Notes under the pieces: model-generated
The model's input: only the letters and a program-made list of their open reading frames with translations
Told to the model about the DNA's origin: nothing
Database searches by the model: none
NCBI GenBank assembly: GCA_001805965.1
Contig: MHHG01000073.1
Coordinates: 18,080-82,079 of the forward strand
Source of the DNA: Omnitrophica WOR_2 bacterium RIFOXYA2_FULL_38_17
GTDB lineage: Bacteria; Omnitrophota; Gorgyraeia; Zapsychrales; Zapsychraceae
Direction: 5' to 3'
Length of the DNA stretch: 64,000 nt
Part shown: piece after piece, positions 1 through 9,683 of the stretch
Layout: every line of letters starts with the position of its first letter
Numbering within the stretch: the stretch's first letter is position 1
Made by a program: the position numbers and the translations under genes

Positions 1-1536
1 GTCAAGCTGTCCCTCTAACCTATAAATTGAGCCCCTGTTATTGTACGCCTTTGCATTCTTACTATCTAATTCTATTGCTTTATTATAGTTCCTTAAAGCC
101 TGCTCATACATCCCTGTTCTTGCATAAATATTACCTCTATTATTATATGAATCAGCATTAACAGGGTTTAGCCTTAAGGACTCATTAAATGACAACAAAG
201 CCAGCTCATTTTTCTGCAAAATAGAATATTCACTTCCAAGATTATAGTGCACCCTCCATTTTTTAGGGGATTTTTTCGCAATGTCCTCCCAAAGAGACAA
301 CTCGCTGCCCCAAACAATATTCCTTTGATAAGTGAGCTTTGAATATACTATTGTTAGAATGCACAAGATCGCGATAGCGTTTCTCGGCTCTTTGATAGAC
401 CTAAAAAGCATTGTTACAATAACAATGCAAAAGCCCACAGATATCAAATACAATTTGTGCTCAAAGATCACATCAGATCTCGGGATAAAATTCGGCAAAA
501 ATGTTACAATGACCCAAAATATTCCAAAAGAGACCAAACGATCTTTATATCTATAAAATATCCCAAAGCCAAAAAGCATGATAAACGCTAAAAAGCTAAA
601 GAATGCTGCCGGCTCAAAAATGCTTTTTGACAAAGCAAAGTCATAATCCACATTTTGATTTACAGGAATAAACAGAAGCCTTATAAAAGTCATGACAACC
701 CTGAATTGCGTCACAAAATACCTGGCAAATGTTATCACATCGCCATTATGTGAATTTGATATTTTCTCTGAGAACAGCTGGCTCTTAATACTAAAATCGA
801 ACTGCTGAGGAATAATAAGCAAAAAACTAAAGATCAGCAAACAATAAATCCATCTATTGTTTCTTTTCATTGATAACAAGTGACCTTTTATGCTCATTTG
901 AGGATTTAACAGTATTATCTCAATAACCAGCAGCATGATCGGGATCGTTATAGCGATCTCCTTGGTAAACATTGATAACAATGCCGCCAGGCCACTTCCA
1001 ACAAACCAAACGATTTTACCCCTTGATCTAAAAGATCTTCCATACAAATACATACAAAGTGCCAGCAAATAGAACATTGTGGACAATGAAGCAAATCTCT
1101 GAGAGATATAAACAACCGCCTGCGTTTGGACTGGATGACAAACGAACAATAATGCGGTAAAAAACGAGATATTATGTTTATTCTTGACTATTCTCTCATC
1201 GTTAATACCTGGTGAATCGATCAACAATGCAACAAACCACCAAACGAGCAGAGAAGAGATAATGTGGATTACCAGATTTGTAACATGATATCCAAAAACA
1301 TCAAGCTTATTAAAGTGATAATTTAAAGCAAAAGTATAGAAAGCCACAAATCTTGAATGCTGCGGCAAAACGCCCTTCCAGATAGCTCCAATATCCCCAA
1401 TATCCCTTATTGTTTGATTCTCAACAATAAAGGGAAGGTCATCAAAATGAAATGGCCCGTTGAAAGAGTTTGAATACGATATGACCGCAACAAGGCATAT
1501 CGCAATTATTAAGCTAATTCTTTTTATTATAAACAT
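1..1536 (-). CDS. TPR-repeat integral membrane protein, TMTC/PMT_2-like GT-C family (partial; C-terminus lies beyond the window start); tandem paralog of 1556..3529
   Basis: Hand translation of the minus strand from ATG at 1536 gives MFIIKRISLIIAICLVAVISYSNSFNGPFHFDDLPFIVENQTIRDIGDIG...HPVQTQAVVYISQRFASL... It is open to the window edge and about 55% identical to the ORF at 1556..3529, including the PFHFDD and HPVQTQAVVY motifs and C-terminal TPR repeats (YNNRGNIY, AYNNRGSIY). Absent from the ORF track because no stop codon falls inside the window. Confidence 0.6.
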   Translation of the reverse strand, partial: MFIIKRISLIIAICLVAVISYSNSFNGPFHFDDLPFIVENQTIRDIGDIGAIWKGVLPQHSRFVAFYTFALNYHFNKLDVFGYHVTNLVIHIISSLLVWWFVALLIDSPGINDERIVKNKHNISFFTALLFVCHPVQTQAVVYISQRFASLSTMFYLLALCMYLYGRSFRSRGKIVWFVGSGLAALLSMFTKEIAITIPIMLLVIEIILLNPQMSIKGHLLSMKRNNRWIYCLLIFSFLLIIPQQFDFSIKSQLFSEKISNSHNGDVITFARYFVTQFRVVMTFIRLLFIPVNQNVDYDFALSKSIFEPAAFFSFLAFIMLFGFGIFYRYKDRLVSFGIFWVIVTFLPNFIPRSDVIFEHKLYLISVGFCIVIVTMLFRSIKEPRNAIAILCILTIVYSKLTYQRNIVWGSELSLWEDIAKKSPKKWRVHYNLGSEYSILQKNELALLSFNESLRLNPVNADSYNNRGNIYARTGMYEQALRNYNKAIELDSKNAKAYNNRGSIYRLEGQLD

Positions 1537-1555
1537 TTTCTGCAATAGGAATATT

Positions 1556-3529
1556 TTATTCTGGCCCAAGAACATTGTTTCTTAATTCTTCAATATATTC
1601 ATCACTTATTGGCTGGCCTAACTCTTTTGCTTTAATAGCATCATCCAGAGCTTCTTTGTACTGGTTCTTTACTCTATATATATAGGACCGGTTGTAGTAA
1701 GATTTTGCACGTTTTGGCTCTAGATTTATGACCTTGTTTAAATCCTTTAAAGCAAGGTCATACTGTTTTATTGCGATATAAACAGCCCCCCTATTATTGT
1801 AAGCTCGCAAAAAGCCTGGATTAAGCTCCAAAACCTTATTGTAATCCAGAACAGCGAGGTCATATTCGCTTTTAAAGCTATACACATTACCTCTATTGTT
1901 ATAAGCCAATGTGTAATTGTCTTGCAATTCAATAGCCTTTGAATAATCCTGTATCGCAAGGTCATATTTTTTTTCATCCCTGTACACATTGGCTCTATTA
2001 TAATAAGCTCTTGCAAAGCCTGGATTAAGCTCTATCGCCTTATTAAAGTCATTTAAGGCTAAGTCATTTTTATTCCATTGATGATAAACAGTCCCCCTGT
2101 TATCATAGCTCCTTACAAAAGCAGGATTATACTTAATAACCTTATTAAAATACTGAAAGGCAAGATCAAATTTCTTTTGCTTTAAAAGGGCAAATCCCAG
2201 GTTGTTAAGAGCGCGTGATTTAAATGGTGATTTTTTTGCCGCATCAGTCCAAAGCGAGACCTCACTCCTCCAAATTTGATTCCGCTGATAAGTTAATACC
2301 GAATATATGAAAATAATAATACACAGCAATATGATCCCATTTCGCTTAGATCGAAATTTTTTAAATACAATTGTTGCAGCAAGAAAACAAAATCCAAAAG
2401 ATATCAAATAAAGCTTATGTTCAAATATCACATCTGACCTAGGCACAAAATTCGGCAAGAACGTGGCATAAAACCAAAGGATCCCAAAAGAAGCCAAAAC
2501 ATTCTTTTTCCTTAACATTATCCCTGCTAAGAACATTAAAGAAAAAGCCATGAAGCTCAGCATTGTTTCTGGGTCCAATAAAGACTTTGATAATGCAAAA
2601 TCATAGTCAACATTCTGGCTAACTGGCACAAAAAGCAATTTAATAAATGTAACAGAAACCCTGAACTGGGTTAATACATATCTACCAAACGTTATTATGT
2701 CTCCATCATGCGAATTAGATTGTTTTGGTGAGAATAATTGATCCACTACAGTAAAATGAAACAGCTTAGGAATGATCAAAAAGAACGCGAGAAATATTAG
2801 CAGATAAAGCCATCTTTTGCCGCTCTTAAGATATATGAAGAAGTTTTCGTTTTTACTTCTTGAACCAAAAAACAATACTTCAATAAGCACTATTGTTATA
2901 GGTATTGTAATAGTGATCTCTTTGGTAAACATACCCATCAAAGCCGCAAGACCGCTAGCAATAAAATATCCCAGCCTTGCTTTTGTATTTTCACCAATTA
3001 GCCGGGCCTTTAAATAAAGAACAACTGACAACAAATAAAACAGTGTTGCAAGGGATGCAAACCGTTGTGTTATATAGACTACCGCCTGGGTTTGTACAGG
3101 ATGAGAAACAAAAAGCAAAGCTGCAAAAAACGCGATCAAATCTTTATTTTTAAATACTTTATCATCTTTAACCAAAGGGGCAGAAATTAGAAGCAATGCC
3201 ATCCTCCAAACCAACAATGAAGATACAATGTGAATTATAAGATTAGTGAGGTGATATCCAAAAACGTCCAGCTTATAAAAATGATAATTTAATGCAAATG
3301 AATAAAATGCAATAAACCTTGAACGCTCAGGCAATAAGCTCTTGAATATTTGGCCAATATCACCCAAGTTTCTTATCGTAGGATTATTTATAATAAATAT
3401 TTGATCATCAAAGTGAAAGGGGATCTTCAGGGAATTAGAATACACGATCATTCCCAGGATACATATTGCTAAGGCCGGAAGGATCTTTTGGATTATTCTG
3501 ATAGGATTTAAATTCTTAATATTTTTCAA
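1556..3529 (-). CDS. TPR-repeat integral membrane protein, TMTC/PMT_2-like putative GT-C glycosyltransferase (657 aa)
   Basis: N-terminal multi-TM domain with FHFDD and HPVQTQAVVY motifs. The C-terminal third is made of tandem 34-residue TPR units (AYNNRGNVY, AYYNRANVY, SYDNRGTVY). This architecture matches the eukaryotic TMTC / bacterial PMT_2-TPR family. Confidence 0.75.
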   Translation of the reverse strand: MKNIKNLNPIRIIQKILPALAICILGMIVYSNSLKIPFHFDDQIFIINNPTIRNLGDIGQIFKSLLPERSRFIAFYSFALNYHFYKLDVFGYHLTNLIIHIVSSLLVWRMALLLISAPLVKDDKVFKNKDLIAFFAALLFVSHPVQTQAVVYITQRFASLATLFYLLSVVLYLKARLIGENTKARLGYFIASGLAALMGMFTKEITITIPITIVLIEVLFFGSRSKNENFFIYLKSGKRWLYLLIFLAFFLIIPKLFHFTVVDQLFSPKQSNSHDGDIITFGRYVLTQFRVSVTFIKLLFVPVSQNVDYDFALSKSLLDPETMLSFMAFSLMFLAGIMLRKKNVLASFGILWFYATFLPNFVPRSDVIFEHKLYLISFGFCFLAATIVFKKFRSKRNGIILLCIIIFIYSVLTYQRNQIWRSEVSLWTDAAKKSPFKSRALNNLGFALLKQKKFDLAFQYFNKVIKYNPAFVRSYDNRGTVYHQWNKNDLALNDFNKAIELNPGFARAYYNRANVYRDEKKYDLAIQDYSKAIELQDNYTLAYNNRGNVYSFKSEYDLAVLDYNKVLELNPGFLRAYNNRGAVYIAIKQYDLALKDLNKVINLEPKRAKSYYNRSYIYRVKNQYKEALDDAIKAKELGQPISDEYIEELRNNVLGPE

Positions 3530-3612
3530 GATTAGAGGAAAAGCACTAATAACATAAAATAACTATAGAGCATTAAAAAAACTTTTGAATTTTAATTCTT
3601 ATTACTATAATA

Positions 3613-4119
3613 CTATTTCTCTAAATAAGTTTTCATTTCATCCCAGGTCTTTTTACCTATAATTCCATCGGCAACAAGCCCGTGGTCTTTTTGAAATTCC
3701 ATAATTGCACTTTTTGTCTTGCTTCCAAGCTTTCCATCTATTGAGCCACTATAATATCCAGCTTTTAATAAAGCTTCTTGGATAGTGTTTACCTTAACTG
3801 AAACCCTTATTATCCCGTTTTCCTTTGGAATTACTTTAGTTTTAGCGACCGGCTTCTTGACAGTTGGTTCATCTATCTTTATGTCTTCAAAATCATCACT
3901 GGTCTCATCATCCTGCATCGGATCATATCCTTCAACTAACTTAGATATCTCCTTTACTTCATACTTAAGCTTCTCAAGCTCTTGCTCTTTCTTATTCATC
4001 CTATTCTCGATCTGCGCAACCTTGACCTGCAGATTACTAACTGTTGATGCATCCTTTGTGGTCGAACATCCGATGAAGACAATTATGATCAATCCCAAAA
4101 TAAAATTTTTAACGCTCAT
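3613..4119 (-). CDS. Lipoprotein with coiled-coil and C-terminal peptidoglycan-binding (PG_binding_1-like) domain
   Basis: Lipobox FIGC near the N-terminus. Central Lys/Glu-rich coiled coil. C-terminal LLKAGYYSGSIDGKLGSKTKSAIMEFQKDHGLVADGIIGKKTWDEM matches the peptidoglycan-binding domain consensus. Confidence 0.7.
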   Translation of the reverse strand: MSVKNFILGLIIIVFIGCSTTKDASTVSNLQVKVAQIENRMNKKEQELEKLKYEVKEISKLVEGYDPMQDDETSDDFEDIKIDEPTVKKPVAKTKVIPKENGIIRVSVKVNTIQEALLKAGYYSGSIDGKLGSKTKSAIMEFQKDHGLVADGIIGKKTWDEMKTYLEK

Positions 4120-4127
4120 AACTCCTC

Positions 4128-4844
4128 CTATTTTAAATTATCAATTTTCATAAGGTCTATTCCGATCTCTCCTGAAAATTTAGGGTATCTTTGATTAAAC
4201 ATCTGAAAAGCCTCTTCTCGCTGATCAATGATCTCTGGGACATATTCAAATCCCGGCTGAATAACAGGAACGCCGCCGATCTTAATCTTGTCTTTAGTCC
4301 CAACTATTTTAAGGGTACCGACATATGTTATTGCATTGTTTTTTACATTGAGCGAGATATCAATGTTCTCTGTAGCGATTGTAGAACCTACTGGGATCGA
4401 GATCGTAGAGATCTTATATTCTCCTACTGGCAATTCAACAAAGAAATATCCGGGCTCTACTGTCTTAATATCCCAAGGAAAAACGTTTTCTGGCGTCTTT
4501 TCACCAATTAATAATTGAAAATTATTAGACAAATTCCCCTGTTCCTGAAAAAGGAACTTAACATAACTTTTTTTAAGAACCCCCTGAAAATCAGTTTTAG
4601 CAAAAATTATGCCCTTTTTTAAACTATATTGATCGAGCTCATCTTCATTAACATTCTGAAGCACGGGTGATACATCTTTTGTCTCTTGCGTAATTTCAAC
4701 TGAATCAACTGTGGGCTCAACAGCAATTGTTACTATAGGCTCCAGCTCGGAAGAAACTTCTTTAACGGCAGAAACAGTAGAACAACCATTAAGAACGAGG
4801 GCTAAAATTAAAACTATAAAAGCAGATATATTTAAATTTTTCAT
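4128..4844 (-). CDS. Hypothetical lipoprotein (238 aa)
   Basis: Signal peptide with lipobox LNGC (MKNLNISAFIVLILALVLNGCST). No recognisable catalytic motifs. Confidence 0.55.
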   Translation of the reverse strand: MKNLNISAFIVLILALVLNGCSTVSAVKEVSSELEPIVTIAVEPTVDSVEITQETKDVSPVLQNVNEDELDQYSLKKGIIFAKTDFQGVLKKSYVKFLFQEQGNLSNNFQLLIGEKTPENVFPWDIKTVEPGYFFVELPVGEYKISTISIPVGSTIATENIDISLNVKNNAITYVGTLKIVGTKDKIKIGGVPVIQPGFEYVPEIIDQREEAFQMFNQRYPKFSGEIGIDLMKIDNLK

Positions 4845-5024
4845 TGGTTGGAATTAATAAAATTAATAATATTATTAAGTTTGGTTATGTAGTCTATCAT
4901 AAATTTTTCAAGACAAACACTATTTTTTATTCAAAAACAGTATTTACAAGGATATATAATAAAAAAATAGCGCAAGGAAAAAAAACCTTACGCTACTTTT
5001 TCACTTGTGTAAAACACAAGTTTA

Positions 5025-5432
5025 TCAAGTCAGAATTTCTGACTTTTTGGGGGAGAAAATCTTATTCTTCCATTTTATATGGATAATCAATGAATGCTTA
5101 AAATCAACCCTGAACAAAACTCTATCGTGTGTGACGTAGAAGCAGCCTTCTACCTTAAACTTTAATTTCTCGATGCTTTTTTCCGAATCAAAACACTTCT
5201 TAATATAAACCTGTGGCTGCTCAATTACGGGAGCTATTTTAGCTGTATGCGAAACATTATACAAAAAACTCTTATGAACACGAGTTACACATTGTTTATC
5301 CTCATTTTTCTGAGTGATAGAAAATGTTTTAATATGATTGTTTCTGTCAGTTTTTTTCTTAAACTGTAAAATTCTCATTACCATCCTTCCAATTATTGTT
5401 CCAATGAAAGTATAACATCCATTGTTATACAA
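5025..5432 (-). CDS. Hypothetical protein (135 aa), weakly supported
   Basis: ORF only, no recognisable motifs. Its 3' end overlaps plus-strand hairpin plus T-run structures. Confidence 0.3.
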   Translation of the reverse strand: MYNNGCYTFIGTIIGRMVMRILQFKKKTDRNNHIKTFSITQKNEDKQCVTRVHKSFLYNVSHTAKIAPVIEQPQVYIKKCFDSEKSIEKLKFKVEGCFYVTHDRVLFRVDFKHSLIIHIKWKNKIFSPKKSEILT

Positions 5433-5562
5433 ACAAGGGCACCATGGATGATAAAAGAAACCGTTTTCTTTGGATTTATTGACGAGAAAATCAAGATATA
5501 AGTTTATTGGTTTTTAAGAATAGGACTAACTACTAATAGATATAATAATAAAGATGCTTAGA

Positions 5563-6183
5563 TTATTTTTTATGGAATGGGAGCTTGACTTTTGGCTCTT
5601 TGCCAGCAAGAAGTCTTTTTATGTTGGGACGATGTCTTAGTGTAACAAAAATGCAGAAAACCACACCAAGACAGATAATTTCAAAAGATTGTCCTGAAAA
5701 AACCATGATTACGGGCAGAAAAGTGCCTGCTATTATTGAGCTTAGAGAAACAATGCCGGTAATAGCGAAAGAAACAAGCCAGGATAAAACAGTCAAAATA
5801 AGTACGATCCTTATTGAAGCAATTTTAATAGTAAGGCCGATCAGTACACCTAAACTTGTCGCTATACCCTTACCACCCTTGAAGTTAAGAAATATTGTCC
5901 AATTATGCCCGCATACCGCGCATACTGCAAATAAGATGCGCTCAATAACTTGTGTTGAGCCTAAAACATCAGCAACAATAACAACAGGCAAAACACCTTT
6001 CAAAATATCTATGACTAGAACTATAATGCCCGGGATTTTGCCTAAAACACGAAACACATTTGTAGCACCAGCATTACCTGATCCATGCTCTCTGATATCT
6101 ATACCTTTGTAAAGTTTTCCATATATATATGCAGTAGGTATAGACCCGATAAAATAAGATATTATAATACCAAGAATTATCAT
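5563..6183 (-). CDS. plsY: Glycerol-3-phosphate acyltransferase PlsY
   Basis: GSGNAGATNVFRVLGK signature and 5-6 TM helices. Length 206 aa is typical. Confidence 0.85.
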   Translation of the reverse strand: MIILGIIISYFIGSIPTAYIYGKLYKGIDIREHGSGNAGATNVFRVLGKIPGIIVLVIDILKGVLPVVIVADVLGSTQVIERILFAVCAVCGHNWTIFLNFKGGKGIATSLGVLIGLTIKIASIRIVLILTVLSWLVSFAITGIVSLSSIIAGTFLPVIMVFSGQSFEIICLGVVFCIFVTLRHRPNIKRLLAGKEPKVKLPFHKK

Positions 6184-6188
6184 AAATA

Positions 6189-6743
6189 TTAGCTTTCGTT
6201 ATTTATAATTTCGATTCCCTTAATTGTATAACCAATAAGAGATATCAAAGTTAAGATCAAAGTAACAATCCAAATATACAAACCAAACTCCCAATGCAAA
6301 AATACACTAAAAACCGATGTGATCTGAAAAAATGCTGTTGCCCTTCCCCATTTTGTTGGCTCTACGCTAAATATCCCCCGTACTAAAAATATTATCATTG
6401 CCCCTAATAACAAGATAATATCCCTGCTGATCACAGCTACTACAAACCATATTGGGAGCTTCAAAGATGAAGAAGCTATTTCTGGTTTAAAATACAAGCA
6501 AGTAAAAGCACTGATCAATAACAACTTATCCGCCAATGGATCGAGAATTGCGCCAGCAGTTGTTTTCTGATTTCTTGTTCTTGCGATGTACCCATCTATT
6601 ACATCTGAAATAACAGCAAATAAAAACAATCCTAAAGCAACCCATCTTAAAAGCTCAAATTCTGGAGAATAGTATAAAACAGTAGCAATAAAGAACGGGA
6701 CAACAATTATACGGCAAATAGTGATCTTGTTTGCAAATGTCAT
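6189..6743 (-). CDS. pgsA: CDP-diacylglycerol--glycerol-3-phosphate 3-phosphatidyltransferase (CDP-alcohol phosphatidyltransferase family)
   Basis: DVIDGYIARTRNQKTTAGAILDPLADKLL is the CDP-OH phosphatidyltransferase motif D-G-x2-AR-x8-G-x3-D-x3-D. The likely start is the internal Met MTFANKITICRII at 6743. The ORF track extends to 6803. Confidence 0.8.
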   Translation of the reverse strand: MTFANKITICRIIVVPFFIATVLYYSPEFELLRWVALGLFLFAVISDVIDGYIARTRNQKTTAGAILDPLADKLLLISAFTCLYFKPEIASSSLKLPIWFVVAVISRDIILLLGAMIIFLVRGIFSVEPTKWGRATAFFQITSVFSVFLHWEFGLYIWIVTLILTLISLIGYTIKGIEIINNES

Positions 6744-6829
6744 ATTCGACAAAGAAGAGAAAACATATTCAAATGAAAAGACATTATTGTCCCCGACCTT
6801 CATATATTTCTCCCAAAAAATAAAATATA

Positions 6830-7180
6830 TTACTCAACCCACTTCAGCTCTACGTTATGCACTGGACAAATGCTTAGACTAGCAGCATATCGTTTTCCTG
6901 TCACCGGGCAATACTTGACCCTTAACTGTTTATTACTGATTGAATCGGCAACAACATTGATCGCTGATCGGGCCTCTTCATCATTCTTTATATCTTTTAC
7001 CAAATTGCGCAGGTCCTTTTCGCTCAATTCCTTATCGCTAACCGCACCAACAACCGCCAAAAGCGCTGATTCCTGATCATCCCTGCTTTCATGGGCTGTT
7101 TGTCCTAATGAAGTATCCTGCTTAATTGTTTGACACCCACAAAGAAAAACAGCAATTAAAATTAAAAATAATCTGTTCAT
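6830..7180 (-). CDS. Hypothetical small lipoprotein with C-terminal Cys/His cluster
   Basis: Internal Met start gives MNRLFLILIAVFLCGCQT with lipobox LCGC. C-terminal CPVTGK...CPVHNVELKW could be a zinc-ribbon-like motif. The ORF track starts upstream at 7240. Confidence 0.45.
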   Translation of the reverse strand: MNRLFLILIAVFLCGCQTIKQDTSLGQTAHESRDDQESALLAVVGAVSDKELSEKDLRNLVKDIKNDEEARSAINVVADSISNKQLRVKYCPVTGKRYAASLSICPVHNVELKWVE

Positions 7181-7265
7181 AAGGCAATTATGATTTTTCC
7201 AAAAACAAATATTAAGTCCTGCACAAGACCGGCCCAACAAAAAATTTATTGATTTCTAGGTCTAA

Positions 7266-7877
7266 TTACTTTATCAGCCTCATCCGGTTAAAAGGCCAAT
7301 AAATGAATTCTGCCTTTCCTATTATATTTTCCATCGGTACAAACCCCCAATAGCGGCTGTCATGGCTTGATTGGCTATTATCACCAAGAACAAACACCTG
7401 ACCTGATGGGATTTCTATGATTTGCCCAGGTTTTCCATATTGAGAATTTTCACGGTTGTAATAATATCTGTTTTTAATCAGCGGATCATCTATCATTTTG
7501 CCGTTTATATAGATATCACCCTCGCTTATCTCGAGCATTTCCCGAGGCAGGCCAATTACCCTTTTGATAAAATCCCTTTTTTTATCTTGAGGATACACAA
7601 ACACAATAACATCCCCTCTTTTAATTTTAGAAAAACCCGGAAGCCTGATTTTTGTAAATGGTATCAACGGCCCATAGCGCAACTTATTGACCATCAGCCG
7701 GTCTCTCTCTATCAATGTTGGCCTCATTGAACCGCTCGGAATCTTAAAAGCCTGGATAAAAAACGCCCGGATGAATATTGCAAGTATAAGCGCAATTATG
7801 ATCGATTCCGTCCACTCTCGGATTTCTGATTTTATTGCATTCCCGTTCTCAGGATTGTTATCAATTTTTTTTGCCAT
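7266..7877 (-). CDS. lepB: Signal peptidase I
   Basis: SGSMRPTL (catalytic Ser box), RGDVIVF, GLPRE and VLGDNSQSSHDSRYWGFVP boxes. Stop/start is adjacent to lepA, the classic lepA-lepB pair. Confidence 0.85.
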   Translation of the reverse strand: MAKKIDNNPENGNAIKSEIREWTESIIIALILAIFIRAFFIQAFKIPSGSMRPTLIERDRLMVNKLRYGPLIPFTKIRLPGFSKIKRGDVIVFVYPQDKKRDFIKRVIGLPREMLEISEGDIYINGKMIDDPLIKNRYYYNRENSQYGKPGQIIEIPSGQVFVLGDNSQSSHDSRYWGFVPMENIIGKAEFIYWPFNRMRLIK

Positions 7878-7878
7878 A

Positions 7879-9669
7879 TTAAATCTTTAAAGCTGCCATA
7901 AATGCTTCTTGCGGGATCTCAACATTCCCTATCTGCTTAAGCCGCTTTTTACCTTCCTTTTGTTTCTCCCAAAGTTTACGTTTTCTTGTTATATCTCCTC
8001 CATAACATTTAGCGGTAACATTTTTACCTGCTGCTTTGACTTTCGCGCTGGAAATAATCCTGCCATCGCATACTGCCTGGATCTTAACTTCAAAAAGCTG
8101 TTGAGGGATCAGATCCTTAAGCTTTGTAACAAGGCTTAATCCTTTTTGATAAGCATGCTCTTTATGTATAAGGCAGGAAAACGCCTCACAGTCTTTGTCA
8201 TTGATCAATATATCAAGCTTTGAGACAGTGGCAGGATAATAACCTTTGAACTTATAATCAATCGAGCCATAGCCTCGAGTAACTGATTTTATCATATCAT
8301 TGAAATCAACTATGACTTCTGAGAGGGGAATATCAAATATTATTTTCATTCGATCAGAAACATACTCACTGCTAACAAAATTACCACGCTTTCTTTTAGC
8401 CATATCCATTACTTTGTCCATGTGCTCAACGGGAGAAAAAATCGAAACAGTCAAAAAAGGCTCTTCAATACTTGAAATTAACGAGCTATCAGGCAGCTCA
8501 ACAGGGCTTTCCAGGTCTTTTACATTGCCATCCTTAAGGTTAATTTTATAGCGGACATTCGGAGTTGTTAAAATAAGATTGAGGTCATATTCCCTTTGTA
8601 ATCGTTCTTGAACAATGTCCATATGAAGAAGCCCAAGAAAGCCACAACGAAAACCGTTACCAAAAGAAACTGAACTTTCATTTTCATAGACCAAGCTAGG
8701 GTCACTCAATCTAAGCTTCTCAATTGCTTCACGAAGCACCATGAAATCTTTAGTGTTAACAGGATAGACTCCGCAAAAAACCAGTGGATTCAAATATCTA
8801 TAACCTTTTAAAGGCTTATCAACAGGGTTGTTTGCATCAGTAACAGTATCTCCTACTCTGACAAGTTTCGTATCGTGAATGCTGCAAGTCAGGTAGCCAA
8901 CCTCACCAGCAGAAAGCTGTTTAACTTTTGTAGCCTCCGGCTTGAAAACTCCCAGCTCTTCGACAGAGTGTTCCCTGTCCATATGCATCATTTTGATCCT
9001 CATATCCGGTTTCAACACGCCATCAACAACCCTCACATAAACAATAATACCTTTATAGATATCATACTTCATATCAAAGATCAGTGCTTTAAGTGGCTTT
9101 TCTGGATCACCATCTGGAGGAGGGATGAACTCGACGATCTTTTCTAAAAGCTTATCTACGCCGGTCCCCTCTTTAGCGGAAACAAGCTGGATATGCTCAT
9201 CATCAAAGCCAAGCATTTCCATTAGCTGTAATTGGGCATGTTCTATGTCCACACTTGCAACATCTATCTTATTTAAGACCGGAAGTATCTCTAAATTGTT
9301 ATCGATAGCAAGATAAAAGTTTGCCACTGTCTGAGATTCTACTCCCTGAGTAGCATCAACGACAAGTAATGCGCCTTCACCTGCTCTCAATGATTTTTCA
9401 ACTTCATAAGTAAAGTCAACATGCCCGGGAGTATCGATCAAATTAAAGGTATATGTCTTCTTGTCCTTTGCCTTATATTTGATAGTAACCGCTGAAGCCT
9501 TTATTGTTATGCCTCTTTCCCTCTCAAGGTCCATATCATCCAGCAACTGGTTCTTGAATTTCCTTTCATCAATAGCTCCGGTAGAGAGCAATAACCTGTC
9601 AGCCAAAGTAGACTTACCATGGTCAATATGTGCAATGATCGAGAAATTTCTTATTAATGCTTGGTCCAT
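7879..9669 (-). CDS. lepA: Elongation factor 4 (LepA)
   Basis: IRNFSIIAHIDHGKSTLADRLL G1 box, DTPGHVDF, NKID. Length 596 aa is typical for LepA. Confidence 0.95.
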   Translation of the reverse strand: MDQALIRNFSIIAHIDHGKSTLADRLLLSTGAIDERKFKNQLLDDMDLERERGITIKASAVTIKYKAKDKKTYTFNLIDTPGHVDFTYEVEKSLRAGEGALLVVDATQGVESQTVANFYLAIDNNLEILPVLNKIDVASVDIEHAQLQLMEMLGFDDEHIQLVSAKEGTGVDKLLEKIVEFIPPPDGDPEKPLKALIFDMKYDIYKGIIVYVRVVDGVLKPDMRIKMMHMDREHSVEELGVFKPEATKVKQLSAGEVGYLTCSIHDTKLVRVGDTVTDANNPVDKPLKGYRYLNPLVFCGVYPVNTKDFMVLREAIEKLRLSDPSLVYENESSVSFGNGFRCGFLGLLHMDIVQERLQREYDLNLILTTPNVRYKINLKDGNVKDLESPVELPDSSLISSIEEPFLTVSIFSPVEHMDKVMDMAKRKRGNFVSSEYVSDRMKIIFDIPLSEVIVDFNDMIKSVTRGYGSIDYKFKGYYPATVSKLDILINDKDCEAFSCLIHKEHAYQKGLSLVTKLKDLIPQQLFEVKIQAVCDGRIISSAKVKAAGKNVTAKCYGGDITRKRKLWEKQKEGKKRLKQIGNVEIPQEAFMAALKI

Positions 9670-9683
9670 TATAAATTGTATTT

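Noticed and set aside
332-556. Plus-strand 74-aa ORF
   Set aside because: Lies antisense inside the minus-strand TMTC-like gene (1..1536), which has strong paralog support. Low-complexity product with no motifs.
4844-5086. Plus-strand 80-aa ORF
   Set aside because: Lys/Phe/Tyr-rich low-complexity translation of an AT-rich intergenic region. More likely non-coding (possible sRNA region, see findings).
6744-6803. Upstream extension of pgsA ORF and similar N-terminal extensions (6830..7240, 56132..57781, 60703..61746, 13346..14470)
   Set aside because: The ORF track takes the most upstream start. Conserved family N-termini, signal-peptide positions and overlap with neighbouring genes or hairpins support internal Met starts.
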